A stretch of 56,222 nt of DNA, filler included, from Dugesia japonica (taxonomy: Eukaryota): assembly GCA_001938525.1 (NCBI GenBank). It is 5 parts of 5 records of this genome, joined end to end, with 100 filler letters (N's around TTAATTAATTAA, not from the genome) between each part and the next. Parts side by side here need not be neighbours in the genome. Positions count along the whole stretch, not along the records: positions 1 to 11,439 come from MQRL01542494.1; 4 more parts are not named here. One strand, written 5' to 3'. A model generated the notes under the pieces. The model ran no database searches. It was not told the origin of the DNA and was given only the letters and a program-made list of their open reading frames with translations. Both the position numbers and the translations under genes were made by a program. Shown one piece after another: positions 1 through 11,539 of the stretch (the first letter of the stretch is position 1; every line of letters starts with the position of its first letter).

Positions 1-2519
1 AAGTATCGATACTAAATTGGATGAATTAATAATATAGTTGATTGTTAAATTTAAAAGACTATAAATTGGTATAAAGCAAGATTCTACAAGGATTCTTATG
101 AACAAACAAGATTAATAGAATATAATAACGGCGAGAAAATCACAAAAAAAGAAGGCAGAGATTTAGATATCAGGGTAGATAAATAAAAGAGGAAGAGACA
201 AAATTATATTGGCGTGCGAAAATATAGATAGACATGTATTAGCATAGACTTTTTAACACCGCGTTCCTCTAGTTATACTAGTAAAAAGTTAGTTGTACCA
301 ATTACTGGAATTAATGGGCAACCTAGTGGAAACTTTAGGTCAGTAAAACATGAAGTTAAATGCTAGTTGTATTAATGCCGATACTTTAAAAAGTCTTCAG
401 GTGACTACTTAATAATATTGGACAAGTCAGTCAATAGCAGATGGATTTACAAGGAGAAAAAGGTTTTGCGTTTGTATAAATCCAATATAGGACATATAAT
501 AGGGTGGTCGAGAGAGTAGATGCTTGACGTGTAATGCTCCAAGAATGCTAATATATATTGTTATACGATGAGACGGTATGATGAATCATTATGAACATTT
601 TAATCTTTATTGCGTAAATTTTATTTCTCCGGAATAATCAATAATTATGANTANACTTACTATTAATCACTATGACATCAGTATTGCTGATGTTACTAAA
701 ATAGTAGACGTTGAGGTGAAAGAAAACTAAATAGAGTATTGTATATAGAAAGACCCTAACCGAAGCAATGCGAACATACATTCAAACTACGAGTTGAAAA
801 TCACATACTCTGTTGCAAAAATTTATAATGGAAATGCAAGATCGAATTGTTTACTAAGTATTACTTGGCGTATTACCCTAGTTTTAAATTAAAATTGTGC
901 TGTCTAGACGGAACCTCAACAATATTATTTAAACACAAGAAACACGTTGTGCACTTTCCATTTTCAACATCGACATCATATAAAAATAACATTGTGGTAT
1001 AAACTTGTTTTTAAGGTTTTTTACGAAGCATTTTGTAAAATATTTCAAAGATAATCGGGTTCTTTTTTGGCAATATTGACGCACCCGTTCCCGTACTTTT
1101 TCAAACGAGGAATTTCTTTCTGGAGAACTAGATATAAAGCCAGAAATATTGTAAAATAAAGTTTTTACAACTGAAAAGAAGGTAGTAATGAAAACCCCTA
1201 GAAAACAACACAACCAGTAAGAAAGATATTAATTAAAACGTGTCTTTGTTATTTCGTATGTCTAAAATTTTTTTGAAGCATTTTTTATTTAAAAAAGTAG
1301 AAAAAAAATATTCTTCTTCATATTAAAAATGTAAAATTTTCATTGTATATAATGGTAATATTTTTAGTTGAAAATTAATTACACTGAATATTTTTACATA
1401 ATTAACCAAATACTGCATTTTATAATTAAAGAATAATCAAACACATAGTATAGTTTAAATGTTTTAAAAAAATTTAAATTATCATTAAAAAAGAGATTAC
1501 TTTTGTCATGTCATTAATAACAAATCTATTAATTTTTGATAATCATGCTTTTTCTTAAATGTTTATTAACTTTAATTCTAAAGTGCAATTCAATATTTAG
1601 TAATAAAATGAAGTTTGAAGGAATTACGTAATTTTAAATGTTTGTAATTTCATAAAGAGGAGTGAGTGTGCGTCTAAAATATCTATTACACAGATATTCC
1701 AAGTAAATTCAGCTTTAATTATTTCATTACAATCAAAGATTAAAAAATTTAACAAAATTTTCATTCTAATTCTTAAGTATAGATCATGACACTCATGCTA
1801 TTGCTTTTTTGTACTTACCTGATTTTATTTCATTATAAGAAATAATTAAATTTTCCATTGCTCTATTTTAAATTACATTTGTTATCTTTATAATTATCAA
1901 ATTTAATTATGATTAATTTATTCTAAGTTTTAATAAGTGTTTTCTTTATTTGAAGCAGATTTATATTGAAGTTCTTGATTTCTACAAGTATCCTGTAGTA
2001 TTTTTTATTTGAAAATAAATATTTTTTTATTACATTTCAGTAATTTTACGATTAAAAAAGTGACTTTTATTGATTGCCCCGTGAATAATGAGTATTTCAG
2101 TGAAATCAAGGATTAAGCCTAAAAATGTTAACAAATTGTTTTTTTGATGTCTTTTTTGTAAAATTGAAATTAACACAAAACAGTTTAATTAATTTTGTCA
2201 AAATTTTCATGAAACTTTATTTCCTTTAAATTTTACAATATAAACTAAATAAAATCTATTACTGAAAGTAAAATTTTCATCTGTTTTTTATTTAAAGAAT
2301 AATTTTTATAAAATTAATTTCAAATGAATATTGTTTTAAATTCTGAAATCATTGATACTCTTAAGCGCGTTCAAATCGAATTGAAATTTATTATAATTTA
2401 AATAAAAGGACTATTAAGTACAATTCAATTTGATAATGAACATCAAAAGTCCAAAAAAGTAATATGACATAAATTCATTATAAATACTACTAATTGTTAT
2501 TTGATTTAAGATAAGTAAA

Positions 2520-2988
2520 ATGTCCAGTCGGACTTCACTTCAACATTCTTCACCAGAATTCAATGAAAATCTTATTTCAAAATCGATTAAAAGTGAAAAA
2601 TGTTTTTACAATATTCAATTAAATTCTCAAAGCGACACTGACAAGATAGAATTATCGAATGAAAAACGAGAATCCCTCTCTACTTCGTCTTACAAATTTC
2701 TTTCTTGGAGAGAAAAAGATCGTCGTCGCCGATTTCGAGATGAATGGAAGCATATGTGGCTAGTAATTCCTCACGGCAGTTTTGAAGTATAAACAAATCT
2801 AATGATTATAATTAATCGATTTAATTCCAAACCATATGTTTAGGTCATGTGCTTGGTTTGCCATAAAGTGATGACCCAGAGAAAGTTAGATACAATCAAA
2901 CGCCATACTGTTCGTCGACATACCGAAGTACTTGATATGGATCAAGCTGAACGAATAGTTCTATTTGAAAGACTTCTACTTGAACATA
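2520..2988 (+). CDS. SPINDOC/ZFTA(C11orf95)-type BED-like zinc-finger protein, coding exons 1-2 (2520-2786, 2844-2988)
   Basis: A 57-nt GT-AG intron (2787-2843) joins two ORFs in frame, giving RRRFRDEWKHMWLVIPHGSFEV-MCLVCHKVMTQRKLDTIKRHTVRRH. This matches the RRxxxxW...CxxC...KxxTIKRHxxxxH finger. Donor GTAAAT at 2989. Confidence 0.8.
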
Positions 2989-3055
2989 GTAAATTTATAA
3001 TTTATTTTTCGAGAAATAAAATTCCACAAAAAAAATGAAGTGTAAATTTTGAATT

Positions 3056-4500
3056 GTACAATTAGAATAATTGCAAAAATAATTATTTTAACCATTGATC
3101 GTATTTCAGATTTCATTTAATTAAAAGCTTCGATCAAAATTTTTTTTTTTTTTAGTTGTCAGTATTTTGCAGTTTTGAAATTTGTCTTCTTCGGGAATTA
3201 ACTTTTTGATTTATTTAAGATTTATTATAATAATGGAACGATTATTGGAATTTATTTTATTTTATTGAATTTTAATTGGTTAATTTATTGATTTTGTTTA
3301 TTGTGAAAATTACATTTTGTGTTATTATTCACTTTTTGAAAAAAATTTCTAACTATTGATCTGTGAATTTAAAAAAATTAAATATTTTCATAATTTCGAA
3401 AATAAATTCAATCAAAAAAAGTTTCAAAAAATTGTTTCTTTTTCAAATATTCATTAAAATAAGAAAAACGTTTCCAAAAAAAACATTTTTTTCAAACTTT
3501 TTTCATCTACGCCTTAGTTTTTATTTTCGTAATTTGGAAAATATTTAATTTTTTTAATTGACTTAATTATTATAAATTACATTGATTTCAGGTTTGTCTT
3601 CTTTAATCGGTAATTCTTAATGTTTTCTCCTGTGAAGTGTGGAAATTTATCTCGTGTCTAGTGTTTTCCATGTTATATGATGTTGTTGTTCTGGTGAGAT
3701 TTTATGTTTGTGTTGAAAATGTTTGAAGACTTCATTTTTCTTTTGTTTGAAATGTTCCTTTAAGTTTCAAAAAAATGTTTCTTTTTAAAATTTTCATTAA
3801 AATAACAAAAACGTTTCCAAAAAAACGTTTTGGTTATTTTAATAAAAATTTTAAAAAGAAACTTTTTTCATCAACGCCTTAGTTTTTATTTTCATAATTT
3901 TAATAATATTTAATTTTTTTAATTGATTTAATTATTATAAATTACATTAATTTCAGGTTTGTCTTCTTTAATCAGTAATTCTTCATGTTTTTTCCTACAT
4001 TTCCGTGTGGAAATGTAACTTGTTTCTAGTTTTTTTCTTGTTATAAGATGTTTTTGTTCTGGTGAGATTTTATGTTTGTGTTGAAAATGTTTGAAGACTT
4101 CACTTTTATTATGTTTGAGATGTTCCTTTATGTTCCTCCTATAAAGCATGTTATTTTATAAGTGATATTGTTCCTATTGGATATATGTCTACCATCACAA
4201 ATGCATTTGGTTTCTGTAAATTTGTGTCTAAAGTTTCTTACGTTTTGAATATTATTCTTGGATTCTGCTTAGTTTTTTTATTATATTTTTTGCATGATTT
4301 CGCTATATTTCTCATTAATAATAAGAAACATGAAGAATTAGTAATTAAAGAATATAAACCTAAAATCAATGTGATTTCATTATAATTAATTAAAATATTT
4401 TTTATCACAATACTAAATCAAAAAGTCGATTCTTAAAAAAGACAAGTCGAAATACTTAACAACAACTAAAAACAATATTTTGATTGAAGCTTTTAATTTA
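3056..4500 (-). mobile_element. Penelope-like element remnant (GIY-YIG endonuclease 3' end, tandemly duplicated, plus an inverted terminal copy), inside intron 2 of the zinc-finger gene
   Basis: ORF 3928-4149 reads RRNIKEHLKHNKSEVFKHFQHKH...RKKHEELLIKEDKPEIN, the C-terminal half of a PLE GIY-YIG domain. A second copy lies at about 3545-3770. Orientation flips at about 4320 (KHEELVIKEYKPKIN on +). Degenerate hammerhead motifs at about 3170-3200 (-) and 4425-4455 (+). Confidence 0.8.
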
Positions 4501-4941
4501 ATGAATTTTTTTTTTAATTGAAATTTTTCTTGACAATAACCTGACAAAAGAAAATAAAAATATATACGAAAATCTTCTGGATCAAATGAAAAAGACTCTT
4601 AATAGAATTTGATTTATTTTTGATACAATATTCGAATATTAATGAAACTTTGTAAATTTACTGTTAAATGTAACCAGAATTAATTGATAANNNNNNNNNN
4701 NNNNTGTGTTAGAATAATAGTGAAATAATTTTTACCAAAAATCATTGGTCAATTGAGAAAAATAAAAATTTAAAATAATCATTTTATTTTTTTTAATATT
4801 AATTTTTTTTTTAATTACGAAAAAATCGAATTTTTTTGTTGTTTGGTTTAAATGTTGATTTTAAATTTGAATAGTTAAAAAAAGTATTTCTTTTTATATT
4901 TTCATTAATTTTGAATTCTATTGAATATGATATTTTTTAAG

Positions 4942-4979
4942 ATTCTACAAAATTTCCCACATCCAACAGCAACAACAAC

Positions 4980-5011
<32 letters not shown>

Positions 5012-5237
5012 CAATATTAACACTAATAATTGTATTAATGGAACAAAATCATCAGAAAACGGCAAACTGTCCAATCTCGAAACAGAAGTCGGTGATTTGG
5101 AAAAGTTATTATCAACAGATTGCATTTCGGCGACTTCTTCGTCGTCTTTATCGCCTTTAGATTTACAACAAAACAATCCTGATTCTAGTTACTATCAGAA
5201 ACGTTTGAAATACAACCGGAAAAATGTTAGTTATTAA
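4942..5237 (+). CDS. Probable last exon of the zinc-finger gene (poly-Asn, Ser-rich tail); full protein about 235 aa
   Basis: Acceptor TTTTTTAAG at 4941 is phase-compatible with the donor at 2989. Open frame NSTKFPTSNSNNNN...LSPLDLQQNNPDSSYYQKRLKYNRKNVSY* ends at TAA 5235-5237. An alternative donor GTTAGT at 5226 is possible. Confidence 0.6.
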
Positions 5238-8200
5238 TTTACAGTTTCTGATGTTGTTGTTGTTTTTTTTTTGTTATTGTTGTTTAATAGAATGTCAATT
5301 ATTTAAACAAATAAATAAATACCGCTATACATAGATCACATGGCTTACAACTAATTATAGACATTTATCGACGTTTAACTTCGTTCCATTTTATTTTGTC
5401 ATAAATTTGAAATTCATTCGGTACCTGTGTGAATGTTTATTTAAGTTGTAAAAACCGCTTTGTTTTCATTTTCAAATTACTATTCCAAATCGAAACTTCT
5501 TACCGAGACATCCTGGCTATCCTGGCAATTTGGCTGATATTCAGATTATCGCCGATATGACATTGATACAACTTCCTGTATTTTTGTTTGCCGGGTGGTA
5601 TTGATTGCAAATCATCAGCATCAACATCATTATTATCATCATCATCATCATCATACATTCTATTATATTCAAAATCTATTGTGATTTACTTATATCGTGA
5701 ATTATCGATAAATTGGCACTTTATTCATGTTTGATATTCGAATGACTGCTGAGCTGCGCAATATGACGAGCCTGTATTTCACTACTTTGTTTATCCTATT
5801 TTTTTTTTTTTTGATTAAGAAATTTGGAGTTTTTTTTCTTCTTATCTGTTAAACATATTGAAATTTCATAAAAAATTGTGCATTTTTCAAAAGAATTGAT
5901 TAATTCTATCAAATTTTTACTTACAAATTTTTTTGAAAAATATAAGAATTTTAAACGAAAATAGTATTTTCATTAAATTAAAATTAACCAATCGATTATT
6001 AGATAATAGAAATAATGTTTTGACGTCCAGTTCCGATATTTAATATTATAATTGTTGGTATCATCAATAATATTGCTTCCTAAAATTTGACATGGGTCAT
6101 TCAATACTACCGATTATCGATCTCTCTATCATCAATTCAGGCGAATTCAAATGACCAGTTAGAACCTGATAAAAATTCCAGATAAAATTATTAATAATAA
6201 TGTTAAAATAGAAAAATTATTGATAACGATTTATAATAACGATTAATATTTGATTGAGAAAATTTTTTTGTTTCTCCTTTCCATTTCAAAAAAAAATGAA
6301 ATTGATTTATTAATAACAATAAATTCAAAGAAATAATCAGTTCAATTTATTATTATTATTTTTTTTTGAAAATTTAATTCGCTTATTGACATAACCTGGT
6401 TTTTATAGCGATAAATGTCTTTTGTAAATGCTACCAAAATAATTTTTAAATAAAATAAAAATTCTAACGCTGAGTACAATAAATTTTTATACAAATATTT
6501 TTCGTTTTGTCGTTGTCTCCATGGATCAATTGTATTTATCAATAAAGCGCTACCAGCATTATAATCTGATAAAGTAGCATTAATACTTTAAATACGAAGT
6601 CAGTTGGTACGCGATATTTAGTTAATACAAGCCTCTATATGAATTCTATATTTGTTCGATTTATTGATAAAACAGCCGGTCGCCAGGCTGTCTAGTCGTT
6701 GTAGCGATTAAAACACTCACTTTCTCACCAGTAAAGGCGACATTTATAAGCATGCTGGCGAGCGCCGCATACAAACACAGGTGTGAGTGGGTATACGTGT
6801 GCTGTATAAATTGAATGTCCATTCTCTTTCTAGTCTTGTTGGCGATTGAAAGTGTATGCTTGGAGCATGACACGGATAAATAGAGGGTTGCGTGTATTTC
6901 TGTATTTGGCCGCAGTGTCTGAGTGTGAGAGGTGGTGTATGATATATTTGTTTTTTTCGGTGATCGCACAATGATGTGGTTATATAATTAGTTATAAAAA
7001 AAATGTATGTTTCATCCAAAAAAAAAATACATTTTCAAAATAATGTCATCTTAAACCCGCTTACCGTTCCATTTTCTCTTAGGTATTCAACGTTTCTCGT
7101 TATTCCAACTGTGAAATGGTGTATTTATATGTCCTGTATGTGTTACAGTATTATCATTCAACGATCAAACATTATCTCGGCATTTTAATGATTGTTGAGT
7201 GGACCAAATCAAATTCAAAAATTACAAAAAAAATGTTTAAACTTAAATTTTTATAATTTTTTTTATGTAAAATGATATTTTTTATTTTTCGTTTTTTTTA
7301 GTGGAAACTTTCAATTACTTGATGTATTTTTTTTAAATAAAAATTATTTTTATAAATAACATAATTTCAAATAATTTAAATTATAATAATTTTCTGTTTT
7401 GTAAAATCAATGTATATTTTTCTATTTGAAAAATAGTTAAACATTTTCATCAAATAATTAACTACTTATTAATCTTTTCAGTAGTATTTCAAAAAAGATC
7501 CATGAAAATTTTTTTTTTAAAAAACCACTCATTTACTGTCAAATGAGAAGGAAAATTTTCAATTTTCAGCTTCATTCAGCAATAAAAATTAATCACTATT
7601 TTTCGATAAAAAAAAATTTTAAAAAAACTTAAATGTAATCAAGCATGAATAATAAAATGGATAATGATATTGACAGCAAGCAAATGGTTTAGAAATGGTT
7701 CACTTATATGAAAACAATCTAACCAATAGAAAAATTAATTTATATTATGTGCTTGCTATGAAAAAAAAAATATTTCCATAAATTACCAGCACAAAAAAGT
7801 GACATTTTCTAATATAATTTCAAGTGTCCACCATAAAAGTCACTTTATATTTACTAACACAGCATATTTCTGCCTCCCTTATTTTATTATTTTTTTTTAA
7901 GTAATTCTCAAACTGATTTTTTTTCTGTAAAACTTTTCACCCTCTTTTGTTAGAAAATAAATCAAACAATTTTCATTGATTTAATTTAGGTTACTGTCTT
8001 ACATTTTCCATTCTTTCTTTCTTTGAATGAATTCTTTCAACATTAATCACATCAAATAAATTTGACAGCAATATTTTTTATCTGAATATTAAAACAAAAA
8101 ACGTATTATTCAAAAAATTTACAAAAAAACAATAAGATATTGAAAATTAAATTGATTTTTTTTGTAGAAAAAAAGTAATAGCTCCGCTCTACATTCTTTG

Positions 8201-8664
8201 AATCATAACTGATAATTACTGTTGAACACGATACTGTTCTCTCTGTTCATTACAATCTTTTATGATTTTACTTGAAAAAAAAAACCAATTATAAAAAAAA
8301 TAATTTTCAACTATCAATATTGATTAAAGACGTTTCTTTTTTTCATTCATTTAAAATTATATTTTACATACCGATTTTAAATATTTCAATACTTTATTTT
8401 ATAGTCAGAATTTTATTGAAATTTGTAAAAGGAAAACATTTTTTAATAAATTATTTAAAAAAACAAAAAATTTATTTGAAAATTAATAATTTTTCACAGT
8501 TGAAATTATGGTTTGATATGTAAATGATGTGTCAACATTTTTTTTCAATTTTGGCTCCTTTTCCCTCCCCACTTTAATGACAAAGTGTCATGTAGATTTT
8601 CATATTCTTTCTGTTGTCAGAAAATTTTGTCGCTAAAACTTTTTATAAAATATTTTTTTTTAAA

Positions 8665-8690
8665 TTATAATAATAATAATTATTATTATA

Positions 8691-8728
<38 letters not shown>

Positions 8729-8799
8729 CATTATTATTATTATTATTATNNNNNNNNNNNNNNNNNNNNNNNNNNNNNNNNNNNNNNNNNNNNNNNNNN

Positions 8800-8868
<69 letters not shown>
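8665..8868. repeat. (ATT)n microsatellite with internal N gap
   Basis: Directly visible. Similar tracts at about 11369-11439, 38630-38830, 47612-47680 and 56150-56222. Confidence 0.97.
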
Positions 8869-9424
8869 AGTGACTTAAAACTTGATTTCGATTATAAAAA
8901 TAAATTGTCTTAAATAATTAATTAATTTAATTTTTTTATTTTATATCATTTCTCAACTATAATCATGTCAATGAACGTGACATAAATTGTTTAAGAAAAG
9001 ATAATTTTGGTGGTCTCAGGATGTTTATTTGAAAGTCAAGGACAATGTTCAATATTCAATCTCATGTCACTCATAACACTAGCCAAAATGGCGTATTAGA
9101 TTTTTGATAAATTTTAGAGAGTTGTCTGGTTTCAGTTGAAAAATTTTCGCAAAAGGTTTTTTTTAACAAAAGTCTCCTACTGGAATATTGATATTTTTAC
9201 AATAATTATTCATTTCTGAAAATGTTTAGTGAGAAAAAATATTACAAACGAGATTTTTAAAATTTGGAAATAAATTACTTGATTTTGAATTTAATATTAA
9301 ATAAGAATACCTTTCTTTAGTAATTATAAGTTTTATTTATTTATTTTTATTTCATGAAAATAAAATGAGTAATAATTGTCTGTTTTCCAAATATTTTCAT
9401 AAATGCAATGTGTTTTTAATATAT

Positions 9425-9750
9425 AACCAAAACAACATCACACATTACATGGAAAACACTAGGAACAGGCTACATTTCTGCACTATATAGAAAAAACATG
9501 AAGAATTACTAATTAAAGAAAAAAATCCTAAAATAAAGATAATTTATAATAATTAAATAATTAAATTTAAATTAAAAATTAACCAATTAAAATTTAGTAA
9601 AAATAAATTTACCCAAAGAAAATTACTATTGTAAGAATAAATATTGATTAAATTAAAGATTCAATTCCTGAAGAAGACTAAGTCGAAATATCGAATTCTT
9701 ATCAAATATCAATAAAAAAACAAAAATTTTTGATCAAAGCTTTTATTTTA
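9425..9750 (+). mobile_element. Penelope-like 3' fragment (GIY-YIG end followed by hammerhead-bearing terminal repeat)
   Basis: RKKHEELLIKEKNPKI-type end, followed about 130 nt later by the shared terminal repeat ending GATCAAAGCTTTTATTTTAAA. Confidence 0.75.
9662..9698 (+). ncRNA. Minimal type I hammerhead ribozyme motif (PLE-associated)
   Basis: CAATTC-CTGAAGA-A-GAC-TAA-GTC-GAAA-TATC-GAATTC: stem I AATTC/GAATT, core CUGAnGA, stem II GAC/GUC, GAAA, AUC cleavage triplet. Confidence 0.75.
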
Positions 9751-10195
9751 AATTAATATATATTTGTATATTTATATAATTTAAACGTTCGTATATATGT
9801 GAATTTCTTTGTGATGCTCGAATTATATAGATTAAATAAATTTGAAAACTTTCGGAAATAATTTAAAAAATTATAATGGTGAAAATAACGATTTTTTCAT
9901 CAGATTCAATAATAGCAATAATAATATTAATGATAATAATAATAATAATAATAATAACGAAATAATTTTAATTTTTTTTTAATAGTGGAAATCAGAAAAA
10001 TTTTAATCTTTTATTTTGAACTGATTTAAATTAATAACCAACAAAATCTCGAAAAGCTAAGAAATATTCGAAAAATAAAAAATATATATTATTCCTTACG
10101 TCTGTATATATGAAAATGTCTCGGTAACATTCAAATTATAAAGGCTAATATAAATTATCAGAGTGCATAAAAGTTATAGAGGTATGAATTTAGAA

Positions 10196-10330
10196 TCATT
10201 TACGACGATAATTAATAAGGCACATTGGCGATCGTTTGATCAAATTGGAGTTTATTTTCCAGAACCAGATTTTCCTCGTGGAAGTTTGTATATTTCCCTC
10301 ACCAGATCTCATAACCATTAAAACTTAAAA
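10196..10330 (+). mobile_element. Helitron RepHel (PIF1-like helicase) C-terminal remnant
   Basis: Translates SFTTIINKAHWRSFDQIGVYFPEPDFPRGSLYISLTRS, compared with the consensus FAMTINKSQGQTxxxVGIYLPEPVFSHGQLYVALSR (helicase motifs V-VI). Confidence 0.8.
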
Positions 10331-11375
10331 AGTGCCCCTCCAAGAAAAATTTTAAATAACAAACTTTCATTTACCAAAAATAAATCAATTATTGAATTAA
10401 AAATAAAGTTTTTTCAGTTAATTTTATTTTTTTTTAATCCATAAAATTTAGTTTTTNNNNNNNNNNNCATTTTAGAATTTTTAAACTACTAAAATTTCAT
10501 TTATAAACCGTCATTTTTGACCGATGATACTTTGTATATGTAGATAATTTATTAATGAGTTTACCTTTAGTAAATGTAAACAGCAAATAAATGATTATTT
10601 TGATGAGTTTGTTTACCTAAGTTCAGTAGTTTTAAACTGTTTGACCAAAATAGTATTGACCAATAAGTGCCATAAAATTTTAAAATTAATTTCTGAAAAA
10701 GATAGTATTACTGGGGTCTGTAAAAATAAGCGCAAGTCCAGAAATTTTCTGAAAAATAAGTTTTTCTTAAAGTAGTTTATTTTTCGGAAAAGTAAATGCT
10801 ATCAATCTAAAAATAATTTCTTTCATAGTTTAGAGTACATTAAATTTTATTGAATAAAAAATATAACATGTATTTTATAATTCCTAAACGAATTCATAAA
10901 AATATTTTGACAAATAGTTTCTTTCATCTCACTTATAAAATATATTATAAGCTGTTCTTTAAAATTAATGGAAATGGGAGGGTTTTTAATTCAACCGTTA
11001 GATACGAAAAAGAATGTCAAATGTTCATCTCTAATTAAAACAAAATGCGTCCATACCTTCACAAACAATTAAAAAACGAAGAAGCTAAGAAGTCAAGGAT
11101 CGTTGGCAGACAACATATTAATTAACAGCAGATTTCATAAAATAAAATTATACGCGGTGAATCGTTAGAAACGGAATAATGGTATTTTACTAGTAAATTA
11201 AGAACAAACCATCTCTCGATTAAAATTAAGTGTCACAGAATAGACCAAAAACTGAGAGTTTCTGGAGAAAAAATGTTCGATTAAATAAATGGCAATACTT
11301 AAATATTTTGGTTATAAATTACAAACGGTGGTAAAATTTCTAGTCAATTGATTCTAAATATCGCCAGTTATTATT

Positions 11376-11439
<64 letters not shown>

Positions 11440-11539
11440 NNNNNNNNNNNNNNNNNNNNNNNNNNNNNNNNNNNNNNNNNNNNTTAATTAATTAANNNNN
11501 NNNNNNNNNNNNNNNNNNNNNNNNNNNNNNNNNNNNNNN
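11440..11539. other. Artificial scaffold-concatenation linker
   Basis: 44 N + TTAATTAATTAA (stop codons in all six frames) + 44 N. Identical at 27606-27705, 36659-36758 and 45379-45478. Confidence 0.93.

Noticed and set aside
200-930. Retropepsin/LTR-retrotransposon relic (LFNTA..., PITGINGQP, DYLIIL)
   Set aside because: Motifs too degraded to support a call. The adjacent ORF 929-1213 may be a hAT fragment but is equally weak.
4921-5176. Listed ORFs 4921-5160 (+) and 4937-5176 (-)
   Set aside because: Alternative frames of the poly-Asn exon; the spliced frame starting at 4942 explains the sequence.
6812-6870. miR-219-like sequence TGAATGTCCATTCTCTTTCT
   Set aside because: Seed mismatch (GAATGTC versus GATTGTC) and only patchy hairpin pairing.
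6661-7019. 102-aa and 91-aa minus-strand ORFs
   Set aside because: No recognisable domain; expected by chance in a locally GC-richer island.
8585-8869. Poly-Y/L/I/N ORFs here and at 38565-38834, and ORFs running through N gaps
   Set aside because: Translations of (ATT)n microsatellites or of gaps.
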